Below, piece after piece: positions 27,180 through 34,468 of a stretch of 64,000 bases of DNA. This stretch comes from Flavobacteriales bacterium (GTDB lineage Bacteria; Bacteroidota; Bacteroidia; UBA10329), in NCBI GenBank assembly GCA_021739625.1, contig JAIPBJ010000008.1:734-64733 (forward strand), given 5' to 3'. A program made the position numbers and the translations under genes. Every line of letters begins with the position of its first letter. The stretch's first letter is position 1. A model generated the notes under the pieces. The model did no database searches. It was not told the DNA's origin and was given only the letters and a program-made list of their open reading frames with translations.

Positions 27180-27386
27180 ATGGAACAGCAGAACATCGAC
27201 CGGCCGGGCCGGAATTCCGAAAATGCCCAGCGCAGATCCGGCAATTATGAAGGCAACTGGGCAATGCACCGTGCGGCCCGGGTCTTCAATCCAAGAATGC
27301 GTGCGCAAGGGTCGGTCGAAGTGAATCGCGAGAGAGGTGCAGTTTACTCTGAAGCAATTAACAGCCAGAGTAAATGCACAAAATGA
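27180..27386 (+). CDS. Possible 68-aa hydrophilic small protein
   Basis: The sequence is MEQQNIDRPGRNSENAQRRSGNYEGNW.... Its TGA forms an ATGA overlap with the ATG at 27383 of the next gene. A weak GTAAT-N23-GCTTTG motif lies upstream. Confidence 0.35.
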   Translation: MEQQNIDRPGRNSENAQRRSGNYEGNWAMHRAARVFNPRMRAQGSVEVNRERGAVYSEAINSQSKCTK

Positions 27387-29746
27387 AAATATCGTCTGTC
27401 CATAAGTATGGTAAGGGCAAGAAGATATTGCTGATATCTGCTGCCGTCCTAATGGGAATAATGGTACTTGCCATCATTCTCATTTCGCCCATTGCCAAGT
27501 ATCTCATTCAGAAATATGACCAGAAGTATCTGGGCCGCGAGATAACGCTCGACCGTGTCTATCTCAACCCCTTCACAGGATACATCCACCTCAGTGGGCT
27601 GGTGGTGACAGAGGCCGATCCCGATTCGGTGTTCTTCAAGGCCGATGGGGTCAGTGCCGACTTCGCCATGTTCAAATTGCTGCGCAAGACCTACGAGATC
27701 AGCAGCATCACCCTCGACCGCCCGTTCGGACTCATCACGATCGACAGGAAGGTGCTGAACTTTCAGGATCTGATAGACCGGTTCACGCCCAAAGGGCCGA
27801 GAGATTCGACCAAGGCACCTGTGCAATTCAACATCCTCGACATCAAGATCGTGGACGGGGAATTCCTGTTCATCGAAGACCGTGTGCCGGTGAATTATTC
27901 GGTGAAGAATGTCAACATCACTTCCACTGGAAAATTCTGGGACCGCGACACGCTGGTGGCCGAGTTCGCTTTCGATTCGGGGCTGGGGCGCGGCCATCTG
28001 CACGGGGCCACAACCATCGACCTCACCGATCTTGACTATCGCGTGGCGGTGGTCATCGAGGCGTTCGAGCTGGACATCATCAACCAATACCTGCAGGAAC
28101 TGACCAACTATGGCCACCTTTCTGCCGATGTGGATGCCGATATCCGCGCCTACGGCAATTTCAAGAGCACCGAGGATGTGACCGCTTCGGGCTGGTTGGC
28201 CATCAACGATTTCCATTTCGGGGCCAAGGAGGGCGATGATTTCGCCTCGTTCGACAAGCTGCATCTGGCCATGCGCGAGGCCAGTCCGGCCAACCACAGC
28301 TATCGCATCGACTCGCTGGCGCTCATCCATCCGTTCATGATGTATGAGCGGTATGACAAACTGGACAACATTCAGAACATGTTCGGGAAAAAGGGTGCGA
28401 ACGTGAAGGCCGCGCAGGCAGATGGCCAGTTCAACCTTATTCTGGAAATAGCCAAGTATGTGGAGGTGCTGGCAAAGAATTTCCTCAAGAGCGATTACAA
28501 GGTGGGCCGCGTGGCGGTCTATGATGCCGACATCCGTTTCAACGACTATTCGGGCAGCGAGAAGTTCTCCGTTGACCTCAATCCGCTCTTCATCCTCGCA
28601 GATTCGATAGACAAGGCCGACAAATGGATGAACCTGGCCCTGTGGTCGGGCATCAGGCCCTATGGCGATGTGCGCATTGATGTGAGCATCGACCCGAAGA
28701 AAGAGGAGAAGATGGATTTCGACCTCACCTACCACCTTCAGAAAGTCCCAGTGTCGGCATTCAATCCCTATCTGATGTCGTTCACCTCATTTCCGCTCGA
28801 CCGTGGCAGCATTGAACTGAAAGGCAAATGGCACGTGCGCAGTGGGGTCATCGACAGCGACAATCACCTCATCATTCTCGATCCCCGTGTGGGCAAACGG
28901 GTGCGCAACGAGGACACGAAATGGATTCCGATGCCGCTCATCATGGCCTTTGTGCGCGAGCGCGGCAACGTCATCGACTACGAGATCCCTATCACAGGCG
29001 ACCTCACCGGCCCGTCCTTCAATGTGTGGGATGCCGTGGGCGATCTGGTCACCAACATCATAGTGAAGCCCGCCACCTTGGCCTATCGCATGCAGGTGAA
29101 GAATATCGAGGCCGAGATAGAGAGGTCCATCACCATACGTTGGCCCATGCGCCATAGCACACTGCTTTCGTCTCAGGAGGATTTCATGCATCAGATGGCC
29201 GATTTCCTGAAGCAGAACCCGCTGGCCGCGATCACTGTCGAGCCGCAGCACTACGCCATCAAGGAACGCGAGCATACGCTGTTCTACGAGGCCAAGAAGG
29301 CCTATTTCCTTCTGAAGGAGAAGAAGGACGCGGCCAATTTCGATGAGGACGACATGCAGACCGTGGACCGCATGTCCATGAAGGATTCGCTGTTCGTTCA
29401 TTTCCTGAACAGTCAGGTGAATGATTCCATGCTGTTCACCATGGAGGACAAGGCCGAGCGCTATCTGGATACCGCCATGGTGCAGGGCGGCCTGTCGAAA
29501 CTGATGGCAGCGCGGAAGGAGGTGTTCATGGCCTTTTTTGTGGAGCAGGGCGTGGAGAAACAGGTCCGTTTCCTCAAGACTGTGCATGTGGTCCCTTTCA
29601 ACGGATTCTCGCATTTCAAGGTGGACTATGATGGCGATATGCCTGAGAAGCTCCGCACAGCATACAGCGAGATGCAGAACCTGAACGATGAGTCACCGCG
29701 CAAAGCCTACAAGAAAAAGCGGAAAGCGATCGAGAGGAAACTGTGA
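27383..29746 (+). CDS. Large membrane-anchored protein (DUF748/AsmA-like by architecture)
   Basis: The protein has an N-terminal TM anchor (ILLISAAVLMGIMVLAIILISPI) and then a long beta-rich repetitive body. The start could be 27374 or 27383. The family assignment is from memory only. Confidence 0.6.
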   Translation: MKISSVHKYGKGKKILLISAAVLMGIMVLAIILISPIAKYLIQKYDQKYLGREITLDRVYLNPFTGYIHLSGLVVTEADPDSVFFKADGVSADFAMFKLLRKTYEISSITLDRPFGLITIDRKVLNFQDLIDRFTPKGPRDSTKAPVQFNILDIKIVDGEFLFIEDRVPVNYSVKNVNITSTGKFWDRDTLVAEFAFDSGLGRGHLHGATTIDLTDLDYRVAVVIEAFELDIINQYLQELTNYGHLSADVDADIRAYGNFKSTEDVTASGWLAINDFHFGAKEGDDFASFDKLHLAMREASPANHSYRIDSLALIHPFMMYERYDKLDNIQNMFGKKGANVKAAQADGQFNLILEIAKYVEVLAKNFLKSDYKVGRVAVYDADIRFNDYSGSEKFSVDLNPLFILADSIDKADKWMNLALWSGIRPYGDVRIDVSIDPKKEEKMDFDLTYHLQKVPVSAFNPYLMSFTSFPLDRGSIELKGKWHVRSGVIDSDNHLIILDPRVGKRVRNEDTKWIPMPLIMAFVRERGNVIDYEIPITGDLTGPSFNVWDAVGDLVTNIIVKPATLAYRMQVKNIEAEIERSITIRWPMRHSTLLSSQEDFMHQMADFLKQNPLAAITVEPQHYAIKEREHTLFYEAKKAYFLLKEKKDAANFDEDDMQTVDRMSMKDSLFVHFLNSQVNDSMLFTMEDKAERYLDTAMVQGGLSKLMAARKEVFMAFFVEQGVEKQVRFLKTVHVVPFNGFSHFKVDYDGDMPEKLRTAYSEMQNLNDESPRKAYKKKRKAIERKL

Positions 29747-29765
29747 AAAAGGAGCGGATAAGGCA

Positions 29766-29853
29766 ATCAGGCTATCAGGTAATCAGGTAATCAGGTTTTC
29801 AGCGCATCAGCGAATGGCCCGTCTCCTGAAACCCTGATTACCTGAATACCTGA
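29766..29853. repeat. Inverted repeat whose arms are tandem octamers (ATCAGG at an 8-nt period, four copies) around a 23-nt loop
   Basis: The left arm is 29775-29802 (tcaggtaatcaggtaatcaggttttcag). The right arm is 29826-29853, and its reverse complement differs at 2 of 28 positions. Confidence 0.8.
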
Positions 29854-29878
29854 CCACCATTAACCATCAACCCACCCT

Positions 29879-30709
29879 GTGTCAACCACCACCATCAAAG
29901 CCAAGTTTGAAGACAGGATCACGGGCCTTGGCGAGGCCGTGCTTTCCATCGGCCCCGGATTCAAAGGCTTCGTCACCGATTTTGCGGATGCCTTCCTGTT
30001 CCTCGTGCTCATCGGTCGCGAGACCTTTTCGCGCCATTTCGAGTTCCGCGAGTTTCTCAATCAGTGCTTTCAAATAGGCTACCGGTCGTTGCCGCTCGTC
30101 AGCATCACGGGTGCCATCATGGGGCTGGTGCTCACCATACAGTCGCGCCCCGTGCTGGTCGATTTCGGGGCCGAGACCATGCTTCCGGGAATGGTGGCCG
30201 TGTCGCTCATCCGCGAGATGGGGCCTGTGATCACCGCGCTCATCTGCGCAGGCAAGATCGGGTCGGGCATGGGGGCCGAACTGGGTTCCATGCGCGTGAC
30301 CGAGCAGATCGATGCCATGGAGGTCTCCAGCACCAACCCCGTCCGTTTCCTTGTGGTGACGCGGGTCCTGGCTGCCATACTCATGATACCGCTGCTCACG
30401 GTCTATGCCGATGCACTGGGCATCGTGGGCAGTTGGGCCGGGGCCAACATCAAGGGCGAGGTGGGTTTCACACTCTTCATGGCCCAGGCCTTCAAGCCGG
30501 TCGATTTCATGGACCTGATGCCCGCCATACTCAAGACCTTCTTCTTTGGGGCGGTCATCGGCATTGTGGGCTGCTACAAGGGCTACCATGCCGGGCGCGG
30601 CACCGAGAGTGTGGGCAAGGCCGCCAACTCGGCCGTGGTACTGGCCTCGCTGCTGGTCATCATCATCGACATGATAGCTGTGCAGATCACCGATATGCTG
30701 TCGTCATGA
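29879..30709 (+). CDS. mlaE: MlaE-family ABC transporter permease
   Basis: The start is a GTG. The sequence SLPLVSITGAIMGLVLTIQS...EMGPVITALICAGKIGSGMGAELGSMRVTEQIDA is the MlaE signature. Confidence 0.85.
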   Translation: MSTTTIKAKFEDRITGLGEAVLSIGPGFKGFVTDFADAFLFLVLIGRETFSRHFEFREFLNQCFQIGYRSLPLVSITGAIMGLVLTIQSRPVLVDFGAETMLPGMVAVSLIREMGPVITALICAGKIGSGMGAELGSMRVTEQIDAMEVSSTNPVRFLVVTRVLAAILMIPLLTVYADALGIVGSWAGANIKGEVGFTLFMAQAFKPVDFMDLMPAILKTFFFGAVIGIVGCYKGYHAGRGTESVGKAANSAVVLASLLVIIIDMIAVQITDMLSS

Positions 30710-31488
30710 GCGAAGAGACCACAACAGCAGCGACCTCAACGCCCGACACCAAGGCGAAGAACGGCCCCGTGATGCTGATCAAGGACCTGTCGAAGGCATT
30801 CGGTGAGCTGAAGGTGCTGAGCGGATTCAGTGCCGAACTGATGCAGGGCGAGAATCTGGTGGTGCTTGGCAAATCGGGATCGGGCAAGTCGGTGCTCATC
30901 AAGTGCATCGTGGGGCTGCTGAGCTATGACTCGGGCAGCATCACCGTGATGGGCGATGAGGTCTCTGCGCTCAACCGCAAGGAGCTGAACGTCATGCGGC
31001 AGAAGGTGGGATTCCTCTTCCAGAGCGGGGCGCTCTACGACTCCATGACCGTGCGCGAGAACCTGATGTTCCCACTCACCCGCATCAGGAAGGATCTGTG
31101 TGCCGATGAAATGGAGGCCAAGATCAAGGAGGTGCTGGAGAATGTGGGCCTGGCCGATGCCATCGACAAGATGCCCTCCGAGCTGTCGGGCGGAATGCGG
31201 AAACGCATCAGTCTGGCGCGCACCATCGTGGTGGATCCCGACATCATGCTCTATGATGAGCCCACCACGGGCCTCGACCCCGTGACATCGGACGAGATCA
31301 GCTCGCTCATCCTCGATGTGCAGAAGAAATACAGGACCTCGTCCATCATCATCACCCACGATATCAAATGTGCCCGCAAAGTGGCCGACCGCATCCTGAT
31401 GATCAATGATGGCAAGGTGCATCTGATGGGAACACCCAAGGAGTTCGAGGAATCGGACGATGAACTTGTGGCCTCTTTCTTCAATTAG
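30706..31488 (+). CDS. mlaF: MlaF-like ABC transporter ATP-binding protein
   Basis: The start forms an ATGA overlap with the mlaE stop. Walker A is GKSGSGKS, the ABC signature is LSGGMRKR, and Walker B is IMLYDEPT. Confidence 0.9.
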   Translation: MSEETTTAATSTPDTKAKNGPVMLIKDLSKAFGELKVLSGFSAELMQGENLVVLGKSGSGKSVLIKCIVGLLSYDSGSITVMGDEVSALNRKELNVMRQKVGFLFQSGALYDSMTVRENLMFPLTRIRKDLCADEMEAKIKEVLENVGLADAIDKMPSELSGGMRKRISLARTIVVDPDIMLYDEPTTGLDPVTSDEISSLILDVQKKYRTSSIIITHDIKCARKVADRILMINDGKVHLMGTPKEFEESDDELVASFFN

Positions 31489-31620
31489 CAATTATCAATG
31501 AGCAATGAACAATTGATTGAGCGAACCCAGAATAACTGACCAACACGACTTAACCATATCACTAATTGATAATTATTAATTCCTAATTGCTAATTGTTAA
31601 TTGTAAATTCTTAATTGTAA
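31482..31620. repeat. AT-rich low-complexity inverted repeat (TAATTG-type motifs) between mlaF and mlaD
   Basis: A perfect 13-bp inverted repeat is formed by caattagcaatta (31482-31494) and taattgctaattg (31584-31596). There are five TAATTG copies in 31563-31617. Confidence 0.7.
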
Positions 31621-31625
31621 AAGCC

Positions 31626-32354
31626 ATGTCTTCTCCAAAATTCAAATTCCGTCTCGGGCTGTTCGTGGCAGGTGGGCTTGCGCTGTTCGTCATCGCCATT
31701 TTTATCATCGGAAAACAGCGCAACATGTTCGACCCGGTCTATGAACTCAAGGCCACGTTCTATAACGTGAGCGGACTGCAGGTGGGCAACAATGTCCGTT
31801 TCTCGGGCATCAACGTGGGCACGGTCGAGAACATCGTCATCATCAACGACAGCACCGTGCTGGTGACCATGTCCATCAGAAAGGCGGTGCAGGAGTTCAT
31901 CAAGGTCGATTCTGAGGCGACCATCGGTTCTGAAGGACTCATCGGTGACCGCCTGCTGGTGATCAGTCAGGGCGCAATGGATGCCGAGGTGGCCCAGAAA
32001 GGCGCATTGCTCTCCTCCAACGAACCGGTGGAAACGGACGAGATCATGGCCAGTCTGGAGGTGACGGCCGCCAATGCCGAGGTGATCACGGGCGAGCTGG
32101 CCCAGATCATGGAGCAGGTGAACAGCGGTGAGGGAACCATTGGCAAGCTCATCCGCAGCGATGATATGGCCAACAGCCTCGACAAGACCATGGAGAATCT
32201 CGAAAAGAGCACCAAGGGCCTCGAAGAGAACATGGAGGCTGCGCAGGACAACTTCCTGCTGCGCGGGTTCTTCAAAAAGAAGGAACGCGCGGCCAAGAAG
32301 AAGGCCCAGGAGGCCGCAGACAGGAAGGCAGCGGCAGCCAAGAAGGCGAAATGA
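31626..32354 (+). CDS. mlaD: MlaD/MCE-domain protein
   Basis: The N-terminal anchor is FRLGLFVAGGLALFVIAIFIIG. The MCE core is GLQVGNNVRFSGINVGTVENI, and the tail is Lys/Ala-rich. Confidence 0.85.
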   Translation: MSSPKFKFRLGLFVAGGLALFVIAIFIIGKQRNMFDPVYELKATFYNVSGLQVGNNVRFSGINVGTVENIVIINDSTVLVTMSIRKAVQEFIKVDSEATIGSEGLIGDRLLVISQGAMDAEVAQKGALLSSNEPVETDEIMASLEVTAANAEVITGELAQIMEQVNSGEGTIGKLIRSDDMANSLDKTMENLEKSTKGLEENMEAAQDNFLLRGFFKKKERAAKKKAQEAADRKAAAAKKAK

Positions 32355-32526
32355 AGGCGCAGGCCAATGTGCCGATATGCCGCACCGGATCTCCGATCGA
32401 CATCATGTGACCATCAACGGGAATTATGTAACAGTGAATGTGCGATTGCACACCACCTTTGAGCGCAATCATCAGTTCACCGATCATTCGGCCAAACGGC
32501 CACAAGGATCTCACAGAAAACGCACC

Positions 32527-32892
32527 ATGAAAGAGCAAGGACAGAAGAACATCAACGAATTGACCGAGATTGAGAAGGCCTCGGCCGTCATCACCGTGGA
32601 ACTGGTCGAGTATCTGCCCAACGCGGTGGTCATCAAGACCATCCTCCGCAAATCGACAGGCAACATCACCGTCATGTCCGTTGACAGCGGTGAGGGCCTC
32701 ACCGAGAAGACCACACCTTTCGACACCTACGTGCAGGTGATAGACGGCCAGGCCGATGTCATCATATCAGGAGTGAGCAATCTGCTCAAGATGGGGCAGA
32801 GCATCGTCATCCCGGCCCATGCGCCCAATCTGGTCAAACCCAACGGAAGGTTCAAGATGGTGCTCACGGTCATCAAGAGCGGCTACGAATGA
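32527..32892 (+). CDS. Cupin-domain protein
   Basis: The 121-aa protein is beta-rich (FDTYVQVIDGQADVIISG...GQSIVIPAHAPN). The start is the internal ATG of the track ORF. Confidence 0.6.
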   Translation: MKEQGQKNINELTEIEKASAVITVELVEYLPNAVVIKTILRKSTGNITVMSVDSGEGLTEKTTPFDTYVQVIDGQADVIISGVSNLLKMGQSIVIPAHAPNLVKPNGRFKMVLTVIKSGYE

Positions 32893-33158
32893 CCGGCCCC
32901 TGCGACCGCAACCTCACCGAGCGCCTGTTGCGGGAATACATCACCGCTGTGACCGGCATTATCCAAGACCGGTTCCCAGAGCTGTATGTCCTCTTGATGG
33001 AGGCCCCGCTCCGGCATCCCGAACAATTGGAGCTGCCCGACACCAACGACCTCTGCGACCACCTCGACTCGCTCAACCGCCAACTGCAGATCTACGAGCA
33101 GGCATACCTGGCTGCAGGCTGCATACCGCTATCGGCAGGCCCATCGGCCTCGCAGTAG
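32889..33158 (+). CDS. Hypothetical protein, possibly chimeric at its 3' end
   Basis: The start forms an ATGA overlap with the cupin stop. The gene contains the first copy of a 21-bp direct repeat at 33041-33061. Confidence 0.4.
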   Translation: MTGPCDRNLTERLLREYITAVTGIIQDRFPELYVLLMEAPLRHPEQLELPDTNDLCDHLDSLNRQLQIYEQAYLAAGCIPLSAGPSASQ

Positions 33159-33285
33159 GCACGGGCGAAGGACGTCCGCGTCTGCGGGCTGCCGCGCCCG
33201 GTCGGTCCGAGCAGGCCCTTTCCGGGCCGTGTCGAAGACCCTGGCACCAACGACCTCTGCGACCATCTTGGTCACTCCTCACCCC

Positions 33286-33420
33286 TCACCCCACCTTCCC
33301 CTCTATCACCTTCCAATACCTGTCGCGTTCCTCTTTCACGCGCAGCAGTTCGGCCGTCAGGTCGTTGATGCGCTGAACGAACCCTGCAGCACCACTATAT
33401 TTGCCCGACTGCAAACACAC
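33286..33420 (-). pseudogene. C-terminal remnant paralogous to the XRE-like gene at 33605-33949
   Basis: The minus-strand translation ...QRINDLTAELLRVKEERDRYWKVIEGKVG* compares with the gene end ...QRLNDLTAELQRVTEERDRYWKVVERRG*. A 27-nt identical core is at 33307-33333 and 33623-33649. Confidence 0.65.
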
Positions 33421-33425
33421 CGATC

Positions 33426-33587
33426 ATGTCAGAGAAGAAAACAGCCGACAGCAAGCGCGTTGCCGCTGAATTGCTCGTTCTCAAGAAGAAACGCAAGGGC
33501 ATGGACCTGAGCAAGTATGCAGGCAAGGTTAAGTTCGACATCGACCCCGTGGAGTACCAGAGGCAGATCCGTGATGAGTGGCGATAA
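33426..33587 (+). CDS. 53-aa antitoxin-like small protein (not in the ORF track)
   Basis: The sequence is MSEKKTADSKRVAAELLVLKKKRKGMDLSKYAGKVKFDIDPVEYQRQIRDEWR*. A downstream ORF starts 14 nt before its stop but is cut off after about 10 native codons. Confidence 0.4.
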   Translation: MSEKKTADSKRVAAELLVLKKKRKGMDLSKYAGKVKFDIDPVEYQRQIRDEWR

Positions 33588-33604
33588 CATCATAGTGTCG
33601 ATAC

Positions 33605-33949
33605 TCACCCCCTCCTCTCTACCACCTTCCAATACCTGTCGCGTTCCTCGGTGACACGTTGGAGTTCTGCCGTCAGGTCGTTGAGGCGCTGCAGCAGGTC
33701 GCGCTCCACGGCCGTTGGGCGCACGAGGGGTTGCAGCAGATGCAGGTAGGCCTCCAGCAGATTGACCCCGAGGGCGTTGCTCAGTTCCAATAGCAGACCG
33801 ATGGGCAGGTTCTTGCGCTTGAGTGCCGTGCCGAGGTAGTTGTGGCTCTGGCCCATCTTGAGGCTTTGCGCCCGGAGCGAGCTGCCCCGCTGTTGCAGCA
33901 GTGTGCCTACCAGCCTGTTGATGTCGGGAAGGGTGGTCCTCTTGGTCAT
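33605..33949 (-). CDS. XRE/Cro-like helix-turn-helix protein with a C-terminal coiled coil
   Basis: The HTH-like segment is LRAQSLKMGQSHNYLGTALKRKN. The C-terminus has a heptad-like region ending LLQRLNDLTAELQRVTEERDRYW. Confidence 0.6.
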   Translation of the reverse strand: MTKRTTLPDINRLVGTLLQQRGSSLRAQSLKMGQSHNYLGTALKRKNLPIGLLLELSNALGVNLLEAYLHLLQPLVRPTAVERDLLQRLNDLTAELQRVTEERDRYWKVVERRG

Positions 33950-34011
33950 GACCTTATTTCGTTTATGATGAACCGTATCTGGGTATATTGTAAGTTGCTC
34001 TCGGAGCTGCC

Positions 34012-34067
34012 ATGCAGAACAGCGCTGTTTTCCACATCAATTGAATCAGGTGCCATCTGTTCTGCAT
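34012..34067. promoter_or_regulatory. Perfect 11-bp inverted repeat (ATGCAGAACAG ... CTGTTCTGCAT) upstream of the XRE-like gene; candidate operator
   Basis: The arms are at 34012-34022 and 34057-34067. The site lies 63-118 nt upstream of the ATG at 33949. Confidence 0.45.
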
Positions 34068-34145
34068 CACAGTCCTTTTCATCTGATGGTATCATATATC
34101 CATCGGAATGACCCAGACCTTGATTGCGGAACAAAAATAAGCATA

Positions 34146-34397
34146 AATATAAATGCAAATCATGTAGGCATAATAGAAAATGGTGTGGATATAAATGAAA
34201 ACAATGCAGGGATAAATGAGAATCGTTCGGAAAGAAATGTGAGGCATGCAGTGATAAATGAAAACCATTCGGTAAGAAGTACAATACATTCAGTAAGAAG
34301 TGCGAGGCGTGCAGTAAGAAGTGCGAGGCATGTAGGTTGAAGTGCGAGACATGTAGGCAGAAATGAAAACATGTCATCCGAGATGGAAATGGACGTG
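34146..34397. repeat. Twelve tandem degenerate 21-bp repeats (iteron-like array), AT-rich
   Basis: Units start at 34146, 34167, 34188 and so on up to 34377. The consensus is roughly G-k-n-A-k-A-A-r-T-G-n-r-A-n-n-C-a-T-g-y-A. Units 34293 and 34314 differ at only 2 positions. Confidence 0.85.
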
Positions 34398-34414
34398 TCC
34401 ATCCGCGCGAGGGC

Positions 34415-34449
34415 ACAAAAAAAGGCCGCCCCTTTGCGGAGCGGCCTTT
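34415..34449 (-). terminator. Intrinsic terminator of the 34469-35419 gene
   Basis: The stem is AAAGGCCGC/GCGGCCTTT. On the minus strand it is followed by TTTTTTTGTG. Confidence 0.8.
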
Positions 34450-34468
34450 CCTTACCTATAGGCGGCTG

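Noticed and set aside
27085-27324. A 79-aa ORF overlapping the end of AraC paralog 2
   Set aside because: It has no supporting features, it overlaps the candidate 27180-27386 ORF in another frame, and its composition is unremarkable. I preferred the ATGA-coupled frame, and even that only weakly.
30064-30705. The N-terminal 214 codons of track ORF 30064-31488 (also 13889-14284 of ORF 13889-14794, and 32128-32526 of ORF 32128-32892)
   Set aside because: These extensions are out-of-frame read-throughs of the preceding genes (mlaE, the YeeE half, mlaD) with Arg/Gly/His-rich junk sequence. The real genes start at internal ATGs (30706, 14285, 32527).
34146-34397. Possible CRISPR array
   Set aside because: The repeats are directly adjacent with no spacers, are only 21 bp long and are degenerate. 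There are no cas genes in the window.
33946-34416. A 156-aa minus-strand ORF with sibling ORFs at 34092-34289, 34160-34402 and 34041-34340, all giving heptad-like His/Leu/Phe-rich peptides
   Set aside because: These ORFs are open only because the 21-bp (7-codon) tandem repeat lacks stop codons in several frames. The peptides are low-complexity, they overlap each other in different frames, and they run over the terminator of the upstream gene. I treat the region as a DNA repeat, not as coding.
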